This document shows, piece by piece, positions 14,281 to 28,243 of a stretch of 64,000 nt of DNA. Both the position numbers and the translations under genes were made by a program. Origin of the DNA: Chrysomallon squamiferum. Its lineage: Eukaryota; Animalia; Mollusca. Numbering within the stretch: position 1 is the stretch's first letter; every line of letters begins with the position of its first letter. The notes beneath the pieces were generated by a model. That model was not told the origin of the DNA. It made no database searches and saw only the letters and a list, made by a program, of their open reading frames with translations. Location: assembly GCA_012295275.1 (NCBI GenBank), contig CM022670.1:6076001-6140000 (forward strand). The letters run 5' to 3'.

Positions 14281-16779
14281 AAACTACTAAAATATGCATG
14301 TGTTTTTGAAGTTTTTATTTGAAACTGCATGGGAAAATGTATACATTTTTCATACTAACAATGAGAGAATAATTGTCAAAAGAGGATCACATTGGATATC
14401 AATGCTTAGTTATATGATTCTGTGTTATCCTTGATCAGTTGATGATTTTCTTAAACATGTCATTTGATATTTATTTATCATGTATCACAAGTATTATTTT
14501 GCAGAATAAATTTCAGTTCAATTCCATACAGTTGTAGTTTACATTTTTTAGCTCAGGTATTATATTTTCTCCCATTTTATTGCTTGTACAGAATCTATTA
14601 TAACCAACTGATAAAATATGCATAAATGGGAAATATTAGTTTATTTGGTAATCTAACCTGAGCCTAAACAGTTTTATATATACTTTTTATATTGTGACGT
14701 GTTTTTGCTTTTCTCGAAGGGTTACTGCATTCTCATTTCTGTTTCATCATTATTTTTAAATATTCTCAGGAACAAAATACTTGAATAAGTAGAGTCTTGA
14801 AAAATGATTTTTTTATATACCGGTTTCATTTCTATGAAGTTTTTGAGAATGCATAATTAAGGCATGAGGTACATTTGAGCTAAATTAGTGCAGTTAATTA
14901 ACTAATTAATGTTAACAACATGCATAAAAATACTGTATTGCTCTAGAAATCATCAAAAGTTTGATTTTGTTCATTTGATTTAAACTATATGAGATATTTA
15001 TTATTGCCAAATGACTGAAATGATCGGTTTCTCCATAGATTCTGAAGGCAAAATACCGGCAAATTTTATTCAGATAAAAATTCGTAGCTTTGTTTACATC
15101 AATGCTGTCAAAGATATCTTGGTGTCGTTTTAATCAGCTTTATTTCTTTTCTTTTTTCTCTCTTTTCCTTTTTATACACTTTTATATGAAATTGGTATTT
15201 AAATTCTTTTTTTGTTATTATTATATATTTTTTTAAACACTGGAGCATGCTACATCACCAAACTAAAAGCTAACAATAATAATAAAATAAAAATTAATAT
15301 ATTACTTTTTGAAACGTTTGATCTACGACAAGTTAATTTGTGAGTGTGGTAATTAAAAGGTGTTTAAACTTATAACGTTGTCATAGTTACTAATTCAAAA
15401 TTCGTATCAAGTATTTCAGCATTCAACCTTCATCAAAAACGTGCAACAGTAGAAACCATTCCTCTTTTGTAGCAAAGTAAATCGCAACCGAAATAGCGCA
15501 CCGATTATGTTTTCGCGCTTGAACGTTAGTCTGTATGCCTGCTATCAAGAAATAGAACGTTATCTCCTACAACATTTGACCATCTTGTGCTTTTAAATTT
15601 GTATGTAGCATTTATTGATTCACAATACCGATGAACTATTACATGGTTTTGCAGACGTTTTATTTCGACCCTTTACTTCGCTGCATTTTTTGCACCAAAT
15701 GATATTATGTCATATTTACTTCATAGTTCTGATTTATTAACTTGCAATATTCCTTACACTAAGTTGATAGTTTATTTCAGTGTGTATATATATATAACAC
15801 TCATTTTAAGATAACATTTTAGGGTTTATTACCACCTTTCAAGAAAACTCCCCTGACCTGCCAAGTCTCACGCAAATTGACCCTTCCTCATACATTTAAA
15901 CCAGCCCTGCACTTTCATAGGCAAATCTCAAAACATAATTGCACATTTTGAAAGACATAACGGAGACGCGAGCATATAGCATCAGCACATTGACATATGC
16001 CAGTATGTATGTATCATTAAAACACGAAATGCAGACGATCATTTTGCCGCCAGTTTTAATTTTTGACTATTAATATTGTCACTTGCAAATCAAACAATTC
16101 TTTTAAAGAGTCCTGCTATGAATTGAGACTTAGCATGGACATTTTGCAGAAAGGTAAAAAATCAGACTGCATGTACAACACAGCTAGAAGTGTCATTAAA
16201 ATCTCCTTGTATACTTTTAGATTTTTGTAACTTCTATTGTCATTATGGCATAAATGAAAATCAGCGACAACTTGTGTTTCTAGAACTTCTCGATTTGTAT
16301 CCGTAATGAATGTGGTCATGCTTAAACAATTAAGAATTTCAACAATAAACATATTTAAACATCAATTCTGTCATAAATAAATGGGAAATTATAAAACTTT
16401 AAAATTCCACAAGGACTTTATAATGGTTCTGTATGGAGTGCTTCATTGTTGTTTCATCCAGTGTTGTGAGATTCATTTAGTCTGTGACATTTTTATTTTA
16501 TTTATTGCAGTCTTCTCGTCTGAAAAAAAGGAACGATAAAGCATATTTGTGATTTGTTTGATTGTGGTGTCTGTGACAATATCGCATACCGTGGCCTAAT
16601 AAAACATTAACTGATGTTATTCTTCTATCATTTAAAATGTATATTATTGATGGCGTCTAACAAACAATTAGAACCTCCAGGACTGTTAACTCCAAATGAC
16701 AGTTCTGCGGGAAAATCCTACCTAATCTCCTGCGAATAGGCAAAGAGTTGCTATATCACTGCAAAAATTGGGAACCTAG

Positions 16780-17484
16780 TAGGGTTTGCAAATTACCGAT
16801 AATATCAATACCGGTAAATTACCGACAGATATTTTCAATACCGTTTTTCACCGGTTTTAGTTAGTTTGTGCATAGGAAAAGATACTTACGGGGATTTTGT
16901 GGACACTGTTTTCTCTTATACATACTCATTTTATTTATTATTTGACACTCATCTGACAACATTATTCATTATCCTCCTTTTCCTACCTGTCTTCAGAAAA
17001 AATCGTAAAATGAACCTTTATAAATGGGTTCAAAAGGTATATAAGAAATGTACATACAATAAAAAATCAAGAAAAAATCTGGATGCGAATCATATAAAAA
17101 GGAAACAAGGAAAATGTACATCATCTGTTTTCCAAATTTTGAGAAGTTCTGATTCATTTCTCGATACTCGAGAAGTATGACTTTAAAACGCACAAAACAT
17201 CTAGTGTCTTGTGCGACAACCGAGAAGCAGGAGCCAATCCCCTATCACTAGTCGCCAAAACGAGGTACGATGGCACACATGTCAGCAATCAAAAAGGTAA
17301 ACGTGGAACTCGCATCTGAAGGCATGCTAGCAACAACCGAGTAACTAACATAATCTTATGTTAACAACTAACATATCTCTCAACATAACTCGTTAAAATT
17401 TAGAAAACTGGTATTGGTGCTTCGGTAATGGTATTACTCATCAATTACTAAAACCGGTATTTAAATACCGGTTTTCGAACTCTA
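16780..17484. mobile_element. Non-autonomous hAT-type DNA transposon (MITE)
   Basis: Imperfect TIRs TAGGGTTTGCAA / (reverse complement) TAGAGTTCGAAA, subterminal TACCG/ACCGGT repeats at both ends, and an 8-bp TSD GAACCTAG (16772-16779) / GAATCTAG (17485-17492). Confidence 0.8.
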
Positions 17485-19240
17485 GAATCTAGGCGTTGCT
17501 AAGAGTGCAGCCAACATCGCTGGGTGGAAGAAAGGAAAAGTTACAGCTTATTGCAATTCACTAAGCTTCCCGAACGAACTTACGTCCGTACTAACCTTAT
17601 AGTAATGTAGCAATAAATACTTTTAGATTTAAGACAATTTGGAATCACATTTTACAGTTTCCTATTAAGCTTGAAAACTAACGTTAGGGGAAAAGACAAC
17701 AAGAGAATTTTTTTTTTGTAAGCGAATCACACTGTAATGAAAAAGACCTGCCTCATTTTCAAAACCTTTCTCACGTTCAGAAGTCAATGTACAGTGTAGA
17801 ATCTATGAAGAAACATTGGCTTAAGTAACAGCTGGTTATTATACTCCAGTTTTCTGACAAACACAATAAGAAGATCAATAAGTATAGCATCGGTTATAAC
17901 CTTGAGAATTCAAATGAAAGGTGGATGATACAAATGTACCATTAGAAATATTGGCGTGAATTTGTTTAATTAATTTAATTTGGAAAACATAAACTAAATC
18001 AGGTAGGTTTTTTGAACAGCAAATGAGCCTTCACTACCAGTAAGTATTTTAGATAAGAATTCTAAAATTTATTTATTTATTTAGTTAATTACTGCTATTT
18101 CTGCTACTCCTACTACTACTAAAATTTGTTTGTTAAATCTCGATTAGTACTGTATCTGTTTCATTCGTATATGCCAAAACTAATGAAGTATAGAGATATT
18201 TCTTCACGACTTTAAAAAATGTCTGTCATTTTATGTCGGTATATTCCCCATGATGGTCAGTTTGTAATGGTGATCTTAAAGACGAAAATTTAACTTAAGA
18301 ACTTTTTCAACGATGTTATCAAATATTGCTAACTAATTGTTTTCACAGACGTCACAGGTTTTTGTTTTCTATCGGTTTTCAATGCATAACGTCCATTTTG
18401 TTCGCTTTGTTCTTAATGGTAATTTGGCAAATGAAACGCCATTAATGAAGATATATAACATTTAAAAAAACTAAATAATAGTATGTTTCCTGCACTTCAA
18501 AAAGTGAAAGTCATGTTGTTAAATGGGAAACGAAGAAATCAACGGGAATTAGCTATTAAGATGATTATTTTTTCTCCTTCTTTTTCTACAACTTCCACGA
18601 TGTTCGGTAATTATAATTGTAGGCCAAATCGTGTCATTTAATCAGATTTATTTACTAAATAGTAAAAGGTAAATTATTTTTCCATCTTAAAACTGGTAGT
18701 AGCATGTACTTTTGACCACAAGAAATACATTTTTATTTAAGATTTAACAGTCAGCATAGTAACTATTAGCCTGTACTTTGCCTGTAAAACAAAAACAAAA
18801 ATATATGTGAACAGTGTTTCATAATGGTTTGGATTGTTTTAACCCACTTTTTTTTTTTTAAATTCTCACGAGGCATCAGTATTTAATATTATATACGTAA
18901 TGAAAGGGCCCAAAAGTCCCGATCTGTGCGTTTTTGAGAGAATGAAGCGATTAACTTTAATATTTTAGGGGGAACCCCAAAGTGGTGAAACCATATGAAA
19001 CGTAGCAATGGCTAATGTTAAATAATTTGAGGATGTACGTTTGACCTGCCATTCGACTATTTTAATATACATAAATAAGTTTCACTCATCGTGCCATTTT
19101 GTAAATTATATAATAAAATATTTAATAACAATCTGAAACTATATTTTACAGAATCGACGAGCAGCAACTGTGCTTATAAATGCTGACTGCAGTTTTCAAA
19201 ATGAAGAAATATCAGACGACATTAACTAATCGAAGGCTTT

Positions 19241-19448
19241 GTGAAGTTGACGTCTGCTTTTTCCCACAAAAGGCAGCGTAAATTGGTCGCTGGTGTCATC
19301 ATTAGTTGTATACTCTATATTATTTTACGTAAGTTATTCTCTCCATTTGTTGTCGTGTTACGTATTATAATCTATAATTTTTGTTTTTAATAAACTCATA
19401 AATCTTTACAACAGGCTCCATGCTAATCACATCCAGTGTAGTTGTTTT

Positions 19449-19479
<31 letters not shown>

Positions 19480-21693
19480 TTTAGTCACATTTATAATAAT
19501 AATAAAATAATAATAAGAAATAATAATAAGAAGAAGAAGAAGAAGAAGAGGAGGAGGAAGTAATACAAAAATTAAAATTAAAAAAAATAGGTGTCTGTTC
19601 CCTGACAAAATAGCAGAAATTTCGCGGTCGAGATACATCTCCATCTGTCAGACCTATCACAAATTTAACCCGTCTTAATGTATATACTTCATTCTCGCAG
19701 GCAAATAAAATAGTATAATTTTCAAATCTTGTTGTGAATCGCGACAAACAGTATTATCTGAATAACTGCAAAAAAGTAAATTTAATAAATGAAATACGAT
19801 TTAAAGCTATTTTGTTTTCAGAAAACAATGATTTCCACAATACTGTATTATCAACATCACCGTCATCAGTGCGCCTACATACTGTGAAACAGGCAAGTTT
19901 TATCAGTTACAAGAATAACTACAACAACTAAATTAATAACAGTAATAATAATAAAAAGTATAATAATAACAATACAGTAACAATAATAAATTAATGTTTA
20001 ATAAAATCTGCTGTTGTATTATAATAACTTTAGTTCAAATCTGTATGTTCATTTAGAAAAGTGGTAAGCTTCATTTCACGGAAACAGTGTAGTCTTATAT
20101 TTTACACTGTGTGTAAATTTGATATTTACATGTTTTGTTCTGTATGTATTTCAAATACTAATAAAGTGTTTTGTATTGTATGTAACATTTTGCATCAATA
20201 TTAACTACTTTGTACTGTAACATTTGGTATCTTTGCATCATGTTTTATATCATTTATTACATATAATATCCTGGGAAAATATTCTGTATTGTGCGTGACA
20301 TTTGGTATTGATATTAAATATATGCAAATTCAACCAGTGAAAGAAATATCGGGTTCATTTGCCAGGATTTGATTCTCTTTAAAATGTTCATAAATTCGAT
20401 TCTTGGCTATTGTAAGTGAACAAATCATAATATGCCGCCTGATTTCTATTTATTATTTTATTATTTAATATTATTATTATTATTTTATAGTTAATACAAA
20501 ATGAAAGTAACAAATAAATGATAGGAATTGAGATTAAACAATTAATCATTCATCTATCTATTCAATGTCATTTACAGCGTCCATTGTACGAGCGACGGGT
20601 GGAACGTCTGAACAGAAACTGTTGGAAATTCTCGAGAAGAAACCCGATTGATTACGAAAGGATGTGGCTTATTGATCAGGATCGAAAAACACTTTTCTGC
20701 TCTCTAGCCAAAGTTGGATCAACTTTTTGGAATCACGTCTTCCACATTTTGAGGAACGGAAACGAGAGTTTTTCTTCTCCGTACAGTTTGGAATATCCTT
20801 TTTATCAGTTCTTGCAAGAAGCCATGACGTTGTCCACTAATGCGAGTGCTCTTCTGAAAGCTGTTAGGAATGAATATCTTAAAGTTCTGTTTGTTCGTGA
20901 ACCGTACAGTCGTCTGTTTTCAGCCTACGTTGACAAATTGATACAACCCAATGGCTACTATTGGAATGTCACGGGGAAGTACATTGCATATCGGAAGAAA
21001 AAAAGAAATAAACAGAACTTAGCATGCGGTCACAATATTAGTTTTGAAGACGTTGTTGAATACGTCATTCATGCAGAGACGACCGTGTTCCACAGAGATA
21101 TTCATTTCGCGCCAATGTACCAACAATGCAATATTTGTGATGTCAGTTATGACATAATCGGGAAAATGGAATATTTCAGCAAGGACACAATATTTTACCT
21201 GAAGACTATAAAATCACTGAATGCTGGGATTAGTTTGACAAACTGGACCGAGGAACACAACATAAACTACATTACTGAAAAATGCTCGGAAGTTTTCAAA
21301 ATATGGAATACGACGAAACATTGCATGTCATTTACTAGACTGCTGTTTAGACAATGGAGAGCCTTCCAGATTGTTGGACTCATCTCCACGAATTTAAATT
21401 TCCCCTTCACTGGCAACCGTACAGATACGATCACTTTAAGAGAATACACCGACATTATTATAAATGCTTACAAGAGATCGGGTTCGTCTGCAAAGGCAAA
21501 CAAAATGGAGGCATTGAAACAAGCTTACCGCAGTGTATCCAGAAGTACCTTATATAATCTTAAAGATGTCCTTTCTTTAGACTTTGAACTGTTTGGCTAC
21601 AGTCCAAGTCCAGATTTCTTATTTGTAGAAGAACCAAAACATCGAATTAAGACATTCAATTACTTTGACTTTCTTGAACAATCAAAAATTTAG
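19241..21693 (+). CDS. Carbohydrate sulfotransferase (Sulfotransfer_2 family, CHST11/HNK-1ST-like), type II Golgi membrane protein
   Basis: Catalytic exon 20578-21693 contains FCSLAKVGSTFW (5'-PSB), KVLFVREPYSRLFSAYVDK (3'-PB) and DIHFAPMYQQCNICDVSYDIIGKME. Stem exon 19822-19892 has a GC donor. The signal-anchor exon ends at 19328 (HKRQRKLVAGVIISCILYIIL). The start codon is uncertain; GTG at 19241 is used here. Confidence 0.88.
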
Positions 21694-24096
21694 TTTAAGT
21701 TTTCATACTTTATTGAATTATTTATTTACATGACATATGTACTCATTATGGTGAGTAAATAAGTTTTAATCAATCTCTTTCCTGTCAGTATTTATTTCTT
21801 TTAAAATCCACAGTGAGTTGGAGATAACAACAAATAACGACTACGTGAAATATGGCTGCACCCCAAAAATGTGAAACTTCTTTTGTTGGTAAATATTGCT
21901 AAGACTGGTTGAATAATAATAATAATAAAAAATAATAATCATAAAATAAAATAAAAATTAAAAATGATACAATATTTTAAAAAATAGAAGAAAATAATAA
22001 AATAAATAAATAAATATAAAAAGAAATCGAAATTATATTTACATTACAAAAAATTTAGAAATTAAATTTGCATTTTGAAGCTTTGACAATACTTTATTTA
22101 ATATATGTGTGTATAGGCATACACACTAATTTTTACACTATTATTAAATAAATCAACGTTATTGGTAATTAAAGCAATAGAGTATTATATGGTAAGTTTT
22201 ATAAAAACACAAAACACAACAAAAACAACTGCACAGCTGAATCTGCCATAAAAATATTGATTAACAAAGTTCAAACAAAACTGAAAGCAATAATTAACTA
22301 ATTGAATTCTAACCCAATTATATCAGAAAACATTAAAAGCTTATACTTCAAGGATTTTCTTTCTACAACTTGTTTATTTATTTATTTTTTTAAATTACTA
22401 TGTACAATAAGAATTTTTACTGAGTATTTTAATGTATTTTATGTACATTTTAACTTTGAGGTTAAGAAAAAAGGAAATACAAAAAGAATTTTGATCAAAA
22501 CTTCATTTGTATGAGCAATTCTGATGCTGTTTCAGTTTTATTCTCATTAATTGGTTTTTCTTCATACTGTGTGCATGCACACGTCTGTAGTTTACATTAA
22601 TAACAATAGTACTAACAATAGTAATAATAATAGTACTACATTAACAATACAATCTGTCAGGGAAAGAAAATAAAAAAGACAGACCATACAGCATTTTTAA
22701 ATAGTTTTTAATGAGGTAAGATTTTTACAGAAATTCATGACTTATTAATATCTCATGATTATTACAAAAAAATAGGAATAACAAAGTCAGATTCAACCTG
22801 TTGAATGTTTTGAACAAACACACACTGGCTGGACAGTGGGAATCATGAATTCACCAGATTTACTTTTTCTCAAGTTCTTTATTTATTTATTTTTTAAAAA
22901 GTTTTTACTATCTGGTTATGAAATACAAAATATATACACTTGTATAATATATATATATATATTTTTTTTTTTGGCATGGTTTTTATGTAGATTTGACAAA
23001 GTACTCATTTCATATCAGAAAACAGCATTTGTGTTTATTGACAAACTTCACAACTTGCATTTGCCACCATGAATATGGCCAACTTAAAAAAATATGAATG
23101 AATGTATATCAATTATAATGCAAAAAGTTGAAATGTAAGGAAATGCAATTATAATGTATTAACACAAAATAAGATAAAACAATATAGACTTATTTTTGTC
23201 AAAATCATGTAACTGGTGAAAGGGACATTTGTATTTGGGAAATCAAAAATATATAATGGAAAATATATTTTTCTACATAAACTGTAGTGAACTTGTTCCC
23301 TGTCATTTTGTACTCAGCAAAGACTCTAAAAATAAAAACAATCATTTGGAAGTATATGAAATTTATTTCAGAAATATTTTTGCACCATCACAGGTATTTA
23401 AGGATAAATATTTTAAAAGATTGAAGAGGTTTGTTCCGTGAAAACATAATTACATTTCTGTTTTGCTCCTGATATTAACTGATCTTTAACAAATAAATAA
23501 CAAAAACAAAAATATAATGAACCATTCACTCATTTCTTAACCTGTTTTACTTTAAACAGTTCTTCTAAAAATAAGATAAAATTCATCTAGAGTGAAAGTT
23601 AAATTTACAAGTATTTAAAATAAAATAATGAAGCAATATAATGGATTTTTAAAAAATATTTTGTAACTTAAGAAAAATTCATTACATAAAATTAAATTAA
23701 ATTTTTTTTTTTCCAACATAAAGTAGTAAAACATATTCCAATGCTCAACATCTGTGTTTGATTTGTTGTCTGACACAATAAAATATATCTTCAATATATA
23801 AACTAAAAACTGTTAATTAAAGTGGAAAGATCAGAAATGCTCACAGTGTTTAAAAGAAGCAGTGTTTCACAGCTTTCCATTCACACAACAAATATAACTT
23901 AAAGCATTAAAAGAAATAAAAATTATTCATCACAATAAAATATAACTTAAACTTTTAAATAAATGAAATAAAAATCATTCATCACAGTGGAAAGCTGGAA
24001 GTGATCATAATGCTGCATGATATCTGTGTTCAACTGTGGTCCAAACTGATTATCAACAACAAATGTTTCTCTTAAGATTTTCTTCTGTCAAAATGT

Positions 24097-26973
24097 TTAA
24101 TCTTCAGAATCACTTTTCTTCTTCTTCTTCTTCTGAGCAACACCAGTGAATCTGCTCAGCGTCTGTGCTGTGACTCTGTCGCCCTTGGTAACACAGCTGA
24201 AGTCAAGATTTAACAGCCATGGAAGATAGGCCAAGACTTGAAATCTGTAACCCTGGAAACAGTGTCAACGTTATAAACAACTGAAAACTGAATGATGACA
24301 CAGCCATGGAGCAGGAAAATAAAAGTACAAATAATAACAAAAACAGAAGAAGGAGCAACAATATTAACATCAAACCATGTGAGATTCCATAACCTCATTG
24401 AAATATTAAGACAACAAAATGAAAAAGAGCTTTTCCATACAAATAAAATAATTATTACATTAATTTATAACTTTAATTAAACATCAACAATTCTAAGAGC
24501 TCAGGCCAGCTACAGTAAATACAAACTGTAGATATATCTAACTTTTTATATTTCTCTTTTTGAACAGGAAATAAAAAAAAAAATCAAGATGATCTTTTAC
24601 CTCATTTATGACCTTCTGAGTATTAATTTTTAACATCTCAAATGATATTTTCAGTATTTCAATAATATTTTGTGATTATAAATTATAAAACAAGTTGGTG
24701 AATTTTAACATGTAATTTACTTTGACTGTGTCTAGAGGATTTCCATGCAGAGTCAGTTTCCAGAGTCTTTTCAAGTGACAAAGTTTTTCCACTTCATTCA
24801 CCTCTTCAATCACATTTCCATGAAGATAGAGGATTTGTAAATTTTCAAATTCAGCTAACACCTGGAAAGATAATATCTTTTTAATGAAATGCTGCTTTTA
24901 TATTATTTCGACATAATCCTCAGATGAATGTGTATTGAAGAAAAACAAATATATATATCAGACAAACAGAATGGTACTTTGACTTACGAATGCATGAACT
25001 TACGAGTTTTCTGAGTTACAAGCAGTCATCCGGTCAATGTTTCGCTCTGAGTTGCAAGTGAACTTCAGATAAGCCACCACTAGTTACTGCAATGAACAAC
25101 ACAACATCTGGCCAGCATCCTTATGTCTCACTTGTTTACTTCACATGGTACCATGCCAAGAAAGCATATCTGTTGTTTTGTGCAGTAGTCTGCCAAATTT
25201 CTAAGAAAGTGAGTGCAAAGAATACTGCTGAGAAGAAGACGTGGATGATGTCCACTGAATTAAAGCATGAAATCATAGAAAAACATGAGTGAGGTGTCCA
25301 TGTAGTTGACTTGGCTAGGCAGTACAAATGAATACGAGCATAGTACTTCTACGATATGTACCATACTGAAGCAATAGGAGTTGATAAAGGCTATAACTCC
25401 AGCCAAATCCTGTGTTAAAATAATTTCTGAGCTGTGGACCTCTGTTCATAAAAAGATGGAGAAACACTAACCCTGTACACTTTACAAAACCTATTTATTT
25501 CTTTACATTATCTTTTATTTTGTTTTCATACAGTATTTGTTATTTATAAATAAATTTTTCTTACATAAAAACACTTTACAAAAAAAGGTGGTGGTTTTTG
25601 GGGGGCTGGAATGAATTAATGGTATTTCAATTAATTTCAGGTGGCAAATTGAGTTATGAGCTCAATCACGGACTTAAACTTGTAAGTCAAGGTGCCACTG
25701 TATCATACATGATGTTTAATAGTAATATACAAACCAGTCATAAATAACTCAGGATCCCTGTTATACATCTGATAATAGTAGTAATATATACACCAATCAT
25801 AAATCATACATATCTCTAATACACATTCCAGTCATGAGTCACACAGATATGTAATACATATACCATAAATCACACAGGATGTTTAATACACACATCAGTC
25901 ATAAATCACAGATATCCAATACACATATCAGGCACAAATCACACATATCTCTAATACACATATCAGTAAAAATTCACACATCTTTAATACACATATCAGT
26001 CATAAATCACACAGGATGTTTAATGCATATAACAGTCATAAATTACACAGGATATCTAATACACACAGTTTTAACAGATATTAAAGTCACTTATATGGAT
26101 GTCTAATAAATAAATATTGGCAGACAAAAAAACAAGAAAACTCAAAAATAAGACACTAGAAATGAGTAAACTTACTGGATCTATTGTCTTCAATGCATTG
26201 AAGGACAAATCAAGCCATCCAAGTAAACTGGGGTTTTCAAACAGATTGCTTACAACTTCGGGCAGCAGCTTTATATCTTGTAGGTCATTGTTATTTAGAC
26301 GAAGACATCTGCCTGTAGATTTCTCCCTTTCCAACTTTTCAGTGGCTTTTTCTGCTGTCTCTTTGCGAGGACTAAGAACTCGGGGCTCTTCTTCAGAAAT
26401 ATCTACAATAATAAATCAGTTGTTCAACAGTTCACATGCTGTAATGTTAACAACAATAAATTTGTTACAGGTTAATATGTTTAGAGCATTATATTAATTT
26501 ACTGAAAATGAAATACCTATGGCTACTCTTTTTGCTGATTTAAAAGAAATTCGGATATACAAACAAGTCTTGGATTTCACTATAATACACATACAACAAC
26601 AACAAACAAATAAAATTAAAATTAAATTAAATTAAATTAGAAAAAAATAAAATAAAATAAAAGAAGTAAAAGAAAAAAGAAAGTTACTTTGTATTAGTAT
26701 CAAATATCAAATTAGAGCCTGTTAACAATGCAAAGATTTATTGCCATTTCCGGTTCTACATATAACAGCTATATTTAAACACAAAGTTTAAAACACAAGA
26801 AGAGTAAAAATGTCTTTTGAATCTTCAGGCTAGAATTAAATGTTTGTTGCTTAAGAAAGTAAAGATTTTTCACCTGCCAAATCTGAAAGTTTATAGAATG
26901 AGTAGTCCAGTGGTGGTGGATTCTCATTCTTGTTGTCAATGACTGGACGGATTTTCTTAGGTTTCGTATACAT
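24097..26973 (-). CDS. LRRC51: Leucine-rich repeat-containing protein 51
   Basis: Exons 26973-26874 (MYTKPKK..PPPLDYSF), 26402-26176 (CLRLNNNDL..WLDLSFNALKTIDP), 24861-24721 (LYLHGN..LTLHGNP) and 24252-24097 (GYRFQVL..LDFSCVTKGDR). All phases are consistent. 5' UTR exon donor AAG|GTAAGT at 27820. Confidence 0.93.
24967..25700 (+). mobile_element. Internally deleted Tigger/pogo (Tc1-mariner) element in an LRRC51 intron
   Basis: TIRs CAGAATGGTACTTTGACTTAC / GTAAGTCAAGGTGCCACTG, followed by TA on the right. Decayed transposase N-terminus KKVSAKNTAEKK..ELKHEIIEKHE*GVHVVDLARQY..STSTICTILKQ (HTH_psq-like). Confidence 0.88.
25715..26085. repeat. Intronic minisatellite of about 30 bp (TAATACACATATCAGTCATAAATCACACA-like)
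   Basis: About 11 degenerate tandem copies immediately after the Tigger right end. Confidence 0.8.
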
Positions 26974-27819
26974 TGGCTCTTGGTAAGGGACAACACTGAA
27001 AAATGATTAATACTTTTACAATTAGATGACATTTTTCATTCTCGTGAATGCACTTTTTAATGCTCTGTTACTAGTGTTGTGATTCAAGAAAAGACTGATA
27101 GATAACTGAATCAATGATAATTGATATTCAGTATGCCTGCTGGGCTATTTTGGTTATTCCTGTTATTATTTTTGTCATTTATAAAATTTATTATATGACT
27201 TTCTCTATCTCGAAAATGAACCTTTGAAAAATACCTGAAACCGGTTGCAAAGAGTAATAAACCAAAGAGTAATGGTTACAATGTTGTCTCAATCGAAAAT
27301 GATCGACATGTATGCATATAGGCCTATATAAACGCATACACACAGAAACACACGTTGATTATTAATTTAATTATTAATAAAAGGAAAAGTTTCTAGGTGT
27401 ATTTAAGCGACATCATCATCATAATTAAATTTTATAAAGATACATTATTTTGTTATTTTTATACCATATTTATCAATGTAAAATTTTACTGAGCCTAAAT
27501 CATTTTTTTTTTTTTTTAAATCGTAAACTTTTGAAGTTATACAGCTCCTTGATAATTAATTTTAGCAACTGTTACGATAGCATTTCTAGGCAATATAACA
27601 CAAAGAAAATAAAACTGGCAGCTATGAAAATATATGAAAATACCGTAGAACAGTACATATACATCTAGAATTAAATATTTGCACCTACTAACACACTTTT
27701 AAATAAATAATAATGCGCGGTAATGATTTACTCAGTTTACTGACATAAATTTGATATTAACATTAAAAAATAGTTTAAATGTCAAAACAAAATTTTAAAA
27801 CCGATTATTTGGCACTTAC

Positions 27820-28243
27820 CTTGTAGACATTTTAAATATTTTTCTATTTATCGTGTTCACTCAATAAACGTGAATAATTATTTTTCCTAAATCACCCGTC
27901 CATCTTGGTTACCGTGGACAACTGTTTCTTTCATACACGATTTTTCGGTAGATCTCGGCTAATTTGAATTTGTATAGTCCGTGTTCTCAGAGACTTTCCG
28001 AAGATAGACGGACCAATATTTTTAAATTTTCGGATAATGTCGGGACTGAGGTCGGCGAATTCACTGGTTCTCCCCCTTTGTTTGCAGCGCCATATTACTT
28101 TTTTTTGTATTTGATAAAAAGTCAGTCTATTTATTCCAAAAACCGCCGAAATTTGAAGAGATGTATCTGCACCAAGAAATAACAAATTAAAAAATAAAAT
28201 GTATACTACAAAATAAGAAGCATATTATATATGGTTGGGAAGT
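27820..28243. promoter_or_regulatory. Bidirectional promoter and divergent non-coding first exons of LRRC51 and NuMA
   Basis: Locally CpG-richer island between the minus-strand donor (27820) and a plus-strand GTAAGT donor (28244). X-box-like GTTACCGTGGACAAC at 27908-27922, CCAAT at 28013-28017, CHR-like TTTGAA at 27963 and 28152. Confidence 0.65.

Noticed and set aside
14690-15120. Transposon-like fragment upstream of the microprotein gene
   Set aside because: No TIR pair or TSD could be defined.
20518-20577. ATG at 20518 as the sulfotransferase start
   Set aside because: It lies in AT-rich intron-like sequence upstream of a TTTACAG acceptor and gives no signal anchor.
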